DNA of 64,000 bases from Phoronis australis (lineage: Eukaryota; Animalia; Phoronida), in the NCBI GenBank assembly GCA_002633005.1, contig NMRA01000288.1:136300-200299 (forward strand), given 5' to 3'. Positions within the stretch are counted from its first letter, which is position 1; every line of letters begins with the position of its first letter. Both the position numbers and the translations under genes were made by a program. This document shows, piece by piece, positions 36,901-49,680 of the stretch. The notes under the pieces were generated by a model. That model worked only from the letters and a program-made list of their open reading frames with translations. It was not told the origin of the DNA and searched no databases.

Positions 36901-39900
36901 CGCTAAATCCAGCAATACCTGTCCAACAGGTAAGAAACTTTTTAGAGGATATTTTTTGTTATTTTACAAACCATGTTCTTGTGTCAAAAAACCCAACGTG
37001 TGTTTTCATTTCCTAAGCATAGGCTCAAGTTACATGGCTAAATAATTGATTATCAGGAGAATGATACACCCACTCTTTCCCATTTGCCTATGTTCAGATA
37101 TGCACTACAAAAACCTCGAGTTTGGTTTCAACTCACGACGACAACGGTTTACAAATCGAAGCAAAATACAGGTATCAATCAAGTATATCTATTTTTAAAC
37201 TTCCTTGGGTCTTCAGCCGAGCATTACGACTCGGAAGTCAGTTATTTATCTCGGTTCACAAGGAATTCAATTTTAGATGTCAACCAGTTTAAAACATCAC
37301 CAATTTTATTCTGCGATATATCAGTTTACTTAGCTGATGTTTTTGCCCTAAGTTATTCGCCAATGAGACAATCAGTCTGTTTCATGCACCAGCAAAAAGA
37401 CCTCAGATACATAAGCGTACTGAGCTAGCCTACAGGGGGGATACATTTGCCTCTGCAGTGGAAATTTTTATCAACGTGAATGTGATTATTCGAGTAATTT
37501 CGCAAAGTTTCCTCTGTATTCCAAGTTGACGCATACGCGATCTTGAAATTAAGCACGATTTCAAGTATGCAGTCACAGGACGCCATTTATACTGAAAACA
37601 GCATTTTATGACCATTTGCTAGCTACGCCTCTAGGGCATTTTTAAAATTTACTGGTGCCGATCGTTTCAAAATTGTGATGTGTGGCCATGGTACTCTCTG
37701 CCAATCTTAAGTTGGGGATGAGATTAAAGAACGAAGTCCAGTTCTAGCTCAAAACTGCTCTTTTATAGGTAAACCTCTGTGTTTTCTAAAAATTGAACAT
37801 GGGCAAAAATCATGTTTTTGTGCACCTCACTTTACTGCCCCCACTAAAACAACAGTAAATCTACAAAGAACAAAGAAGTTGTTGAAAAGTTTTTAAGTTT
37901 TACAATATACAGTTATTTGTAATAACCAACTGTTTTTAAGTCTAATTATCCAGTATAATAACAGATAAAAAGAAACAGAGTTCCCTGTTTTTGAGTTCTA
38001 CTAATGTCAAGTTTCGCATAATAAACGGAAAAGACGACAGGTTTTTTGACTTTTTAAAAAGCGATCCTTCAGCAAAAATGCACCGTAACAACCTATACGA
38101 TTGTGCAATGCAGCATGCAAATTATAGACTCAATCGGTGAAACTCCATCCGCCTACATTTCTACTATTTGCAGATTTTACTAAAAAGTTGGTCTTAACTG
38201 TGTTACTTAGGTGACTGTTTCCATGGGAACAATTCGAAAGATATCTTTGCCAAACTCTCTACGCATGACTGGTTCAGGAACTTTCACCGGGGTTCAGAAC
38301 GTTGGCATCCTCATCAACTCCACACAGGAGATAGTAGTTTATGGCTCGAACATAGAGAGAGCAAGCTGCGACGCATTTCTGGCCCTTCCTACTGACGTAT
38401 TGGGCAAAGATTACTACGTGCCGTCTTGGCCAAGAACGGAACATAGGTACCCACAAGCTTCACAACTGGGTAAGATATTAGCTGCTGAGTTAAAGTGGCC
38501 TTACCTCTCTTTCCGTCAAAAATCAGTTTTTTTGTTATCTCACATACTGTTATGAAGCTGGTCTCAATTTTTTCGTTAGTAAAGTTAAAGGCGATGTCAC
38601 GGCTTCGAAAGAACTGTTGCTTTTTTATTGACTAAGAACACCCTCTGCAATTTGGCTTTCCACGGTGTGTCCACAGGTACAGCAGCATGACGTCATACTA
38701 AATACCGAGAAAATTATACAGCTGCTGCCCAATATGGTCGCACACTTCCGGAACGACTAAAAGCATGTCAATTCCAGAGTATTTTGCGTCACCCATTTTA
38801 TCTAAGTCTACAAAATGTTCACTAGTTACATTTCTTGACATTGACGCCAATCAATGCGATTAGTTCCTCCAGAATTTCATAATTCAGTCACCAAGATTCA
38901 CGGGAAAGTGTCTCGGGGGCTGTTCTCCATTCAATTCAACAAATGCGCATGCTCGTCAAGTCACTGACAACATTACCAGAACGCTTACATCTACTAATTA
39001 AAAGCGTCAGTAGTAGAGACAGAGTACTACAGGAGCACCCTGATTGGATACAAGCAAGATAGGTCAACCTTTCCAGGAGCCTTCGAATTTTCTTCCGTTC
39101 TTCCTAATATCAAGTACAACCACAGAAGCACAGTTATGTGATTTAAATTAATTGAATGTTGGTCTCAAAATGAGACGAATTACAGACCCAAGTCAACCAT
39201 GTCTGATCTCCATCACGTCAGATCGAACTGGAGTCAGCTCGTCACGATCGTGAATTACGGTCACGAGCCTCTCCATGACGACGTGTACTCTGCATCTTAT
39301 GCAGTAGATTTTAGTTGATGTGAATGTTCATTGACCTAACAAGAATGCACAACGGCTGACGTGAATGGGGAGAGTCGGCCGAGACGCTCTGCAATGATTG
39401 TTGCACATTAAATTGGAAAAAGGAGAAAGTAATCGTGTGTTTTTGGTGTTGATTTTAACAAAAGTGGCCAATGAACGTGTTGCAGTCACTAATAAAATTA
39501 CTCCCGTGAATGTTTCACATTCAATTAAAAATAAACATGAGGAATTAATGGTATTTATTAGTGTCGGCATTAACAAATGTGACCAGTAAACATGCTGCAG
39601 TCGGAGATAAAATAACTCCCAAATTGACGCCTTTAGTTCTTATAGAAGTGCCTGTTGGGCGACCATACTGAATAGCAGTTGTATAGCATTCTTTTGTAGT
39701 ATCATCTTGGTCGGCTGATAAGAGGGCCTGTTGTGTGTCATTACCTTTTACCAAGTACGTTCTTGCAAAATAAGGAAACGTTCTTTGCAAGTTTAGAAAC
39801 CTCTTCTGATCAAGGAACAAGTTGAGTCATGTTTTACAGCGGTCAAAGTTCGCTGACGATGGTTTTAGGGCAGACTTGATGTGACACTTAACCCTGTTTT

Positions 39901-42900
39901 GTCGTTCAGAAGGATTGCTATTAGGATGATGAGATGCAGGAAGCGATGGAGGAATGGGATATGAGGAGGTGATGCAGCAGACGAACGAAGAGGGAGTTGT
40001 GAAACATGACGATGTTGATGATGATGATGATAATAATGACGAAAACGCCTTTTTACAAATAATATTTTGCTTTCGTTTAAGGTGTGATTGGAGTAGAAGA
40101 CAAGACGATTGTCAATTTCACTCTCCCCTTGCACAATAACAATATTACCCTGGCTACGGGAAAAAGCGGCAACGACTATACTTACGCTACGTTCAGTGCC
40201 GGTTCAGGTTTGAGGGTGGAACTTAACAGAGGACAAACTTACCAGGTATATTCACATTTTTGCATTGAAAAGAGCATTTTGTATTAGACATTGCAACAAC
40301 TGCTCTTTTTTCATCAAAATCAATTCAAATTTTACCTCAATGGATTTCATTGTGCTAAGCAAATTACGAGAACTGTCACAAGATCTAGGTATTAAGTAAT
40401 ATTAGGGTCTGTATTAAAAACTACTTAAGTGTGTTTTCTCCAGGGTTACAGAAAAAGCTTTGAATTCATGTATTATTGAAAGACTTCAATATTTTTTTTC
40501 ATTTCCATACTTATCCTTGTTCTTTAAGCTCCAGTCCAACGATGATTTAACCTCCACTCGTGTCCAATCAGACAAACCAGTCGCCGTCATGTCAGGTAGC
40601 AAGCGTACATCTATTGCTAAGACAAGAGGTTCTACTGATCACATAGAGGAAATGATTCCGCCGACGTTGTCTTGGGGAAAATACTTCATAACAGCACCAC
40701 TTGCTAAAAGAACTGGTGGTGACATCTTTCGAATATTAGGTAAGACTACACTACAAGCCAAATGGCGTTTTAATATTAGACTACAGGGACTTTTAAATAT
40801 TTATGATTTACTTTCTATGACCTACTCACAATGAGAACAGGCTGCATGTTTGAATACATCGGCCTAACATATTTCTTCTCCAAGCGACGCTTAGTTCAAC
40901 TTTAAATGGGCATCATGTAAAATGTTACTGAGCAATTTTAAAAAAGAAACTCATGAAGTCCTATTAATCATACATGAAGTCGCTGAAAGTTCTGTCTTTG
41001 GATTCTCATTCTACGAAGTTGTAACCTCTTGAGTCAGTTTGTATTAAACGTTTCTTCTTTCACTGAGAAAGATATTACACAAAGTTTGTGGGTGGTCAAT
41101 ATATGTAATCGACTTGCATTTACAGTTTCTGTCGACAACACTGAAATTCAACTATCGTCAACACTTCACAAAACCAAAGCAACAGAGAAGCTCAGACTTG
41201 GAAGGTTTAAACAACTAGATGTGGCCTCAACTGACTTTTACTACATATCAGCCTCAGATCCAATATTGGTTGTTCAATATAGCAAAACAGGTACCTATGC
41301 AGACCTATTTTATTTCTAAGCCCGAGCTACGAGACAACGAACGCAGGCCTACTTTAAGCTGGAAAGAACATTCGTAATGCTGTAAAAGTCATATTTTTTA
41401 ATTTAGTTGCATGGTTTGCGTTTGCTGCGCGTCAGCGAAATATATATGGAAGAGTATGTAAGAAACGTGTTACCTGATTAATATTAGGCAGAGATGTAGT
41501 TCTAAATATTCAATTTCAGCTTCGGTTGACCGAAAAGCCAGCGATCCTTTTATGACACTGGTCGTACCAATGGAGCAGTTCTCCAAAGACTACACTTTCG
41601 CAACACCGGAAGCCGTGCTGGCAGCATATCAAAACTACGTCGCCATCACATGCAAAACTGTTGAATGTGAGGAACTTTATTTGGATGGCAGCCCTATAAC
41701 TGGTGCGAATTTCTGGAAAACATGGACCTTAATTCACGGGTCTAAAGCCTCATTTTCTGTTGGAATCGTTTTAATAAGCCATGGGACTCACACTTTAAGT
41801 CACCCCGACCCAACAGTCGTTTACGGTATTCAAGTTTACGGACAGGTGAGGCATGAATCTTACGGATTCCCTGGGGGCATGTTGATATCGCCATTGTACA
41901 GTGCTTGTGTCCCGACTAGTGTTTTGGTTAACGATGGATTGGATAACGACTGTGACGGAAAAATAGACGAAGAACTCGTTGATGGTTTGGACAACGACGG
42001 CGACGGGCATATAGATGAGGACACGACGCAGCAGGCAAATCCGTTATTCATGACATTTACAACGACTACTACAAAGTTACCGTCAACAATATCGACCATC
42101 ACGTCACTGCCTACTACAACAACGACCAAGACATGGCTACCGACAACAACTTCGACCATGACATCGCTGCCTACATCAACATCGATCACGACATCGATCT
42201 CGAGTACAACATATACGACCAAGACATCCCCACTCGCAACTACAGCACCGATATCAACCAAAACTGCGTCAACTACTAGAGAATCTTCGCCATCGTCAAC
42301 AATAACGACCTCAACAACGGTGAATCCTACAATGCGTGCACATACTAAAAAACCGTCAATAACATATACACCAAATACATGTAATGNCCTACTACAACAA
42401 CGTCCAAGATATGGCTACCGACAACAACTTCGACCATGACATCGCTGCCTACATCAACATCGATCACGACATCGATCTCGAGTACCACATATACGACCAA
42501 GACATCCCCACTTGCAACTACGGCACCGATATCAACCAAAACTGCGTCAACTACTAGAGATTCTTCGCCATCGTCAACAATAACGACCTCAACAACGGTG
42601 AATCCTACAATGCGTGCACATACTAAAAAACCGTCAATAACATATACACCAAATACATGTAATGGATCGAACGGCGGTGCTGACAGCGGATTTTTATCAA
42701 ATATTGTGGTGGGAACTGCAGTCTCAGGAGTTTTATTACTACTGGTTACTCCTTTTGCATGCTACAGCTGCTGCTTGCTTGCAGTCTCAAAACGTCGAAG
42801 GCAAAGGGAAACGAAAAAGGAATCATCTGAGGTCAACAACGAACAAGATGTGGGAAACGGGAATGATCAGCACACTAAGACTGTACAGAAGACTCCAGTC

Positions 42901-43029
42901 GTCCCGATTTCCATTCCTAGCAGAGGACAATTCGACCAAGACGACTGGCTGTATTCTCGATCCAGTTCATCACAGCCACGTACTGATAATTCTGTATTGA
43001 CGACACCAGGAACACTCATGAACGTTTAA
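30929..43029 (+). CDS. Paralog C: IgGFc-binding-protein N-terminal-like domain type-I membrane protein, medium stalk (~747 aa after removing an apparent assembly duplication)
   Basis: Exons 30929-30986, 36775-36929, 38211-38469, 40082-40245, 40529-40739, 41126-41290, 41520-43029. The first six are identical in length to B's (58,155,259,164,211,165). The apparent frameshift is caused by a 277-nt duplication around N42387; removing 278 nt restores a single frame. Confidence 0.88.
35024..35087. other. Assembly gap (run of N) followed by poly-C
   Basis: Direct observation. Confidence 0.99.
35234..35342. repeat. Compound microsatellite (TA)n/(TATATG)n/(TACA)n/(TATACA)n
   Basis: Direct observation. 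Confidence 0.95.
42110..42664. repeat. 277-bp near-identical direct duplication either side of a single N (probable haplotype-overlap assembly artefact)
   Basis: 42110-42386 vs 42388-42664 differ at only a handful of substitutions and are separated by N42387. Confidence 0.85.
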
Positions 43030-43168
43030 ATTTCACTCTGGCACATAATCCTGTCTGGCATTATAACAAACTGTGATATACAATAATAAACACTTGCATA
43101 ACAATTAGAGGTAGACGGTGACAATGTCTTCGTACAATGCATCAACATATTGAATTTATTTGGCGTAA

Positions 43169-43478
43169 GGGCCCGGTCTCTAATCTTTGTACTCGAAACG
43201 AACTCGAAACTATTTTTGGCAATTTCTCTGCTCCTTTTGTGCGAACTTAAGATAATTGGTTATCAGACTGTGCTCGAATACATTTCAAACTCGAACTTAC
43301 TGCTTTAATATTGGGTTTACAAACTGTGAACTAAGGGCATTAAATTATCTACGTAAGTTATTGTGTACTCGAGCACAGAATAATAGACACTTATCTTGAG
43401 TTCTCCCAAAAGTAGAGTAGAAAATGCCAAACCTAATTTCGAGTTCCATTTCTAGTAAAAAGATTGGAGACCGGGCCC
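43169..43478. mobile_element. Harbinger-like MITE (310 bp)
   Basis: TIR GGGCCCGGTCTCTAATCTTT / AAAGATTGGAGACCGGGCCC, preceded by TAA. Absent at the homologous site downstream of B (~22414). Confidence 0.8.
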
Positions 43479-43486
43479 TGTTCGAC

Positions 43487-45295
43487 GTTACTTTGTGCAT
43501 GTAAGCTGACCACAAACTATTGTGGGTGCGTGTATAACGTCAGTTAAAACAGTGCACGGCTGCCACTTAGCCGTCGTGCTCAGAATTACGACACAATAGA
43601 AAGATCGTCTTCTACTCCGTCTTCCTGCCATTGGTATATGCCTGATACACCGTGCCTCTGACCCACTGCTGGACACCATCCGAGGCAACTTTGATACAAA
43701 AATTGCTGCAGCTGTAAAACATAACAAGACGATACGTTTTGTTGGCGATAACCTCAACTCCTCCCAGAGTGTGTCTGAGCTATGAACGGAAAGACAGACA
43801 CTCAAAGATGCTGAAGTTTTTCAGGTATGCCATCCTGATCTACGGTAAAATGAGCCACTTTGATCCGCTTCCGCAGCAAAATTGCAAGATAATGAAGCCA
43901 ATTGATCTGCTACCATCGTCTGATGATGTAGTGCAACTTGCCAACTACTACGCAGTTATGTGCATGGAGGTTGCAAATACCATAAAGCCTACTTTGAGTT
44001 TTTAGACGGACAAATTCCCAAACTTTTAGATAACGATACAGCTGCCTTAATGGAGAACTACTGTCTTAACATTAACAGTCTTGCCAAAAATGAACAAAGT
44101 TATGCCGATGTTGTTGACATATTGGAATGGTATTTCCACGCACACATTCGTATTCACACAGGTGGAGACCAACTCACTCGAGAGCGATTCTTAGCAGTAA
44201 AGCGCCTTCTCACTGGAACGCCGACCCCAGAAGGACGGTTTGACCATCTCACTCCCATTTCTTCAGATTACTTTCACATGGCTATGAAACTTATGTCTGT
44301 AGCATACAAACGTCTCTATAATGTTGACAGTGGTCAGGAAATTGGCACAATGAAAGGTGAGCAAGTTTATAGAGACCGACACGGNGTTACTTTGTGTATG
44401 TAAGCTGACCACAAACTATTGTGGGTGCGAGTATAACGTCAGTTAAATAGTGCACGGCTGCCACTTTGCCGACGTGCTCAGAATTACGACACAATAGAAA
44501 GATCGTCTTCCACTCCGTCTTCCTGCCATTGGTATATGCCTGACACACCGTGCTTCTGACCCACTGCTGGACACCATCCGAGGCAACTTTGATACAAAAA
44601 TAGCTGCAGCTGTAAAACATAACAAGACGATACATTTTGTTGGCTATAACCTGAACTCCTCCCAGAGTGTGTCTGAGCTATGAACGGAAAGACAGACACT
44701 CAAAGATGCTGAAGTTTTTCAGGTATGCCATCCTGATCTATGGTAAAATGAGCCACTTTGATCCGTTTCCGAACACTGGTCCGCAACAAAATTGCAAGAC
44801 ATTAAAGCTAATTGATCTGCTACCATCGACTGATGATGTAGAGCAACTTGCCAACTACTACGCATTTATGTACACGGAGGTTGCAAATACCATAAAGCCT
44901 ACTTTGAGTTTTTTAGACGGACAAATTCCCAAACTTTTAGATAACGATACAGCTGCCTTAATGGAGAACTACTGTCTTAACATTAACAGTCTTGCCAAAA
45001 ATGAACAAAGTTATGCCGATGTTGTTGACATATTGGAATGGTATTTCCACGCACACATTCGTATTCACACAGGTGGAGACCAACTCACTCGAGAGCGATT
45101 CTTAGCAGTAAAGCGCCTTCTCACTGGAACGCCGACCCCAGAAGGACGGTTTGACCATCTCACTCCCATTTCTTCAGATTACTTTCACATGGCTATGAAA
45201 CTTATGTCTGTAGCATACAAACGTCTCTATAATGTTGACAGTGGTCAGGAAATTGGCACAATGAAAGGTGAGCAAGTCTATAGAGACCGACACGG
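43487..45295. repeat. ~900-bp near-identical direct duplication either side of a single N (probable assembly artefact)
   Basis: 43487-44384 vs 44386-45295, with N at 44385. The second copy has a 12-bp insertion and scattered substitutions. Confidence 0.85.
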
Positions 45296-45500
45296 CGTTA
45301 AGGTGCCAGTTAAAGATTCATACCATGCTGACAAGGATTTTTTTCGTGTCTTTCGCTGTTGCCTACATTGTGCAAATGATTTGCAACCATTTTGAGATGA
45401 CAGATTCTTTGTCAACTCTACTGACCAAAAAAGTGCCTTCAGATTCAGCTGTGCGGTATGAATGGACTTGCCACAGTTTCGTCAAATGGTCAATGTAAAT
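43610..45500 (+). mobile_element. Decayed AcademH-like transposase (DUF6589-type)
   Basis: RLPAIGICL...LLDTIRGNFD...FVGDNLN, then KNEQSYADVVDILE, GGDQLTRER, GRFDHLTP...FHM, GTM; broken by frameshifts. Confidence 0.65.
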
Positions 45501-46408
45501 GTTGGAACACTTGTGTACAAGTCGGGTTTGTGATTTCTGTGTTTAAGGAAGTCTATTAAGACAATTCTTTGCTGCTAGACCAAAATGCAGTACTATTATT
45601 TTTCTTTGAATTTGGTGTTCATAAATTTGCGTTCTTCTGGAAACATGTTTCAGTTATGGAGATTTCACGTCATTGAATTCTTAAGTTTACTGATTTTGTA
45701 TTTTGGTCTTTGCCTACTACAAATCTCAAAAAGTGGGTTCACCAGGGAACACTTGCGTCTGATTTGGGTATGGTACCTTTGTTTTTTGGTGCACGAATCC
45801 TTTGTTTGCATACTTAATTCAAATTAGAAATAATCAAGTGGTTTTAGTTAATGTTCTAACTCAATGAATAAATATTGGGCTATAACTGTGTCAAATCCCC
45901 AAAAGTGAAAAACATTTCTGTCACATCCCCATAATCTACTGGCAAGCAATTTTCTGTCTACACTGTCTGTGGGCTGAACTATTATGTTTTCCACTAATTT
46001 TGTCGTGTCCAACTACGTTCAGTGGAAATTAACATATTATGTACTTCTTAGTAACAATTTATTTGTTGTAATTCTAGCCAACTGCAGTGCTGAAGCGGTA
46101 GATTGTCATGGTGGACTCCATCCAAAAAGTCAATCACTGAACTTGAAGGAATCAGATGGTAGACTTAGAGCTTCGATCTACCGTCCTTGTCCGGGTTACC
46201 ACCCAGAGTGTTTCAATTGGGAAACTGCAGAGAGAGTCAACAAAATGACAACTTGTCTCAAAACAAATATTATGGTGAATATTTGAACTTTACTTAATTC
46301 AGTTAATGGTAAAAAATTTTCAAAAATTCGGACAAAAACAACGGTTAACATATCCCATTTATTTTTTACTTTTCAGCGGCTATATTTTACTATGTTCCGA
46401 ATGCTCCT

Positions 46409-46909
46409 TTATTGGAATGCACCAATGATTTCTTTAATCTGTAACAAGTAGCTGTGGTCTATGTGCCTGTACGTCAGTTGAAATGTCTCAATTGATCTCG
46501 GGTCTTTGTAAGAATTGCAAATATCTTCTGCCAGCTTGCCAGTGAGTCCAGACACCAGAGAAGGGTGTAGAAAAGTGTTCTGTCCACTGAGCTCATTCAC
46601 AGCATTGAAATACTGTTTCAAGACACGGCTTACATAAATGATGTTTGGATCGACCACAGGCGTACTTTGTAAAATGCTCACAGCACATTCTAAGGTCTTA
46701 GTTAACGAGCAGTTATCACATTTACACTTTGTCTCACAGTTGTCACAGCAACTGCGATGACACTTTTCTCAAAGCCAAGGGCTGAATTAAGGATTTGCCT
46801 CCTTTCACTTCATCGGTCACTGTTTGGTGCCCAAAGTCGGTCTTGTAGCACAAAATGACTTCCACAGACTCTCCGTCAAATCTGGCACGCCCTTCGTCTT
46901 GGACATACT
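46409..46909 (-). mobile_element. Decayed RecQ-like helicase C-terminal exon (AcademH-associated)
   Basis: After acceptor ttttcccttaacAG: YVQDEGRARFDG (helicase motif VI, YxQExGRAGRDG), then across frameshifts RRQIL and SCCDNCETKCKCDNC (RecQ zinc-binding region). Confidence 0.7.
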
Positions 46910-47964
46910 CTGTTAAGGGAAAACAATTATAGTAGTTTTCAAAGGTTGAAACGAAGCGATCATTTGATACGGAGAAAGAATTTGTCTTGTAATTAATACA
47001 GGTGATTGAGTATTGGATACATGGGAGTAACGTACCAGGATGCATTGGAAAACACGTTGGTGTATGGCTAGTAGTTCTTTGACGTACAATGTGCAGCAAG
47101 CTGCTTTACAAATTGGTACTCGCTGAGATCACGAGTTACACTACAAATCTTAATGTATCACTATGTTAACTGGGTTCCAGGCATTGAACAATAAAGTGTA
47201 TTTGCATTTTGTATTTTGTGTTTCCCCTTACTTTAATGAACAATCTTGCCATCCCATCTAAGAGCTCTTCAGTATGTACTCTTTTCTTAACCCAAACTAC
47301 AAGTATTGATGTGTTAAGATTCATTGCAGTTGCATAATTCTTTTATAGTCTTTTACCGTATGTTGCGGCTTAATGTATGACGTGGAAAAGCGATAACCAC
47401 TCGAGTCCAAAATTTCGCGCCGACTAAAATAGTCTATTTCTTCAGGAATCAGGAATGTATGAAACAAGTATAATGTTCAGGAATAAGTTGTAAGACCATT
47501 GTTCAAAGTAAAGAGGAAAGTAATATAAATGGGAGTGACTCGTGTGAAAATCTGTAAAACTCACCAAAAGGAAGCTTTTCAACAGATGCTCAATAACAAA
47601 CTTATTTTTTTTCAATGGATGTAAAGAACCTAACCCAGGTGAAAATAAGGTCTTATTCGAAATAGAATCAAAATTTCTTTTTAGTATTAAATTTTCTTGT
47701 GCGGTGATTTATTGTGTATGGAAATGATTTAGTTACATTCGTAATCATATGCCACTGTAATGTTAACACAAGTCTTTTTAATTTATGTATTTGTAAGGCG
47801 ATTATTTAGTCTCAAAGTGTGCGGAACGGTTCCGGACTTTTTATATCCACTTAGGTCCATAAAAATGGTATGGAACAACTCTATACCTTACCCTAAACAT
47901 GTTTACAATGTTACATTTTTATTTCCTCCATTAGCATTTTCTTAATTAGAAGTTCAATATTTGC

Positions 47965-48165
47965 CATGCGGAATATTCCGCACTGACTGAGGAATATTCC
48001 GTAGATTTTGCGGAATATTACGCAAATTTTGCGGAATATTACGCAAATTTTGCGGAATATTACGCAGATTTCGCAGGAATGTTATGCAGATTTTGCGGAA
48101 TATTACGCAGATTTTGCAGAATATTACGCACTTGCAGAATATTGCACAAGTTTTGTGGAATACTG
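47965..48165. repeat. Minisatellite, ~22-bp unit (ttttgcggaatattacgcagat)
   Basis: About 8 degenerate tandem units; explains the RNITQIL repeat ORF. Confidence 0.9.
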
Positions 48166-48339
48166 TGACTTCAAAATATTATGTATATATTGTGGAATAA
48201 TGATCAAAATAATAATTTATTTTCAAAAATCAGTTGCAGAAGGGCTCCAAAAACAAAAGTTTAACACAGGACTAAATTTTTTAATTTCCTACCGGCCTAA
48301 TTAACATGAATTGCATTCCATTCTCAATAACGCTTGAAA

Positions 48340-49680
48340 TAATTATTAAATCTGACTGTTGCAGAATGGTTCCACATGCAGAACGGTTCCGCAAACAGAA
48401 TAGCTTTTTGGAGCACTCAATTTTTCTTAATTCTCATGCCCAATAAAGTTAAAATGCATTCCATAACCAATACCACTTGAAAGTATCAATGTGACAATCC
48501 TAACATTAATTAGTTGATCAATGAGACAGTTGCTTAACTGTTTCGCATGCGGGAACCTTCCGCAAACAATAGTCCTGAAGCTCACATTTTTTTTTAAATT
48601 TCTTGCACATTTAATATGAAATATATTCTATTCTCAATAACACATAAAAATATCATTGTGTCAACATGAACATTGATTAATCAGTGGGGAACTTGCTGAA
48701 TGATTTGTGATGCAGAAACCTACCTCAAGCAGACTCGGGAAAAATTGACATCTTGTGTATGCCATTTTACCGCTTTTGGTAGAACCATAACACGAGGCAC
48801 AAAATATTCAAATCTTAACTTGCAACAAGTATTAAACATAAAAGAATAAGAGTTTTTACCCTAAAAATAATTAATTAATAAAAGTGACAGTTACGGAACT
48901 CTTCCGCAAGCGAAACTGTTCCGCATGCGGAACCGTTCAGCATGCGGAACCATTCCGCATGGGAAGTGATTTCCCAAACAGAAGGGTTTTGTGGGGTATT
49001 TGTTTTGCCAAATCAACTTAAAATGCATTCCATTATCAATTCCACTTGAACGTATCAATATGACAATCCTAACAATGATTAGTTGATCAATCTGACAGTT
49101 GCGGAACCGTTCCGCATGTCGAACCGTTCCGCAAACAATACCTTTGTGGAGCTAACAATTTTTAAAAATTTTCTCTTGCACATATAAGTTGAAATAAATT
49201 CTATTCTCAATAACACATAAAAATATCAATGTGTCAATATTAGCAATGATTAATCAGTGGGGAACTTGCTGAATTATTTGTGATGTAGAAGCCTACCTCA
49301 AGGAGACTCGGGAAAATTGACATCTTATCTCTGCCATTTTGCCGCTCTTGGTAGAACCTTAACACAAGCCACGAAATATTTGAATCTTAACGTGCAACAA
49401 GCATTAAACATAAAAGTATCATAATTTCTACACTAACAATAATTAATTAATAACAGTGACAGTTGCGGAACCGTACCGCATGCGGAACCGTTACGCATAT
49501 GGCACCATTCCGCATGGGGAGCGATTTCCCAATCAGAATGGTTTGCGGGGTATTTGTTTTGCACAATCAACTTAAATTGTGTTCCATTATCAATGCCACA
49601 TGAAAGTACCAATGTGACAATCCTACCAATAATTGATCAATATGACAGTTGCGGAAGCGTTCCGTATGCGGAGTATGTGA
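48340..49680. repeat. Satellite-like array, ~560-570-bp units (~2.3 copies) studded with palindromic gcggaaccgttccgc(at) motifs
   Basis: aaatgcattccat...gacaatcctaaca...gacagttgc recurs at ~48452, ~49021 and ~49575. Confidence 0.8.

Noticed and set aside
39920-40050. Purine-rich acidic-coding-like tract upstream of exon 4 in B, C and D
   Set aside because: No conserved frame or donor site; out of frame with exon 4; best read as intronic low-complexity sequence.
43487-45295. Genuine tandem duplication of the transposase
   Set aside because: Near-identical copies abut a single N, typical of unmerged haplotype contig ends.
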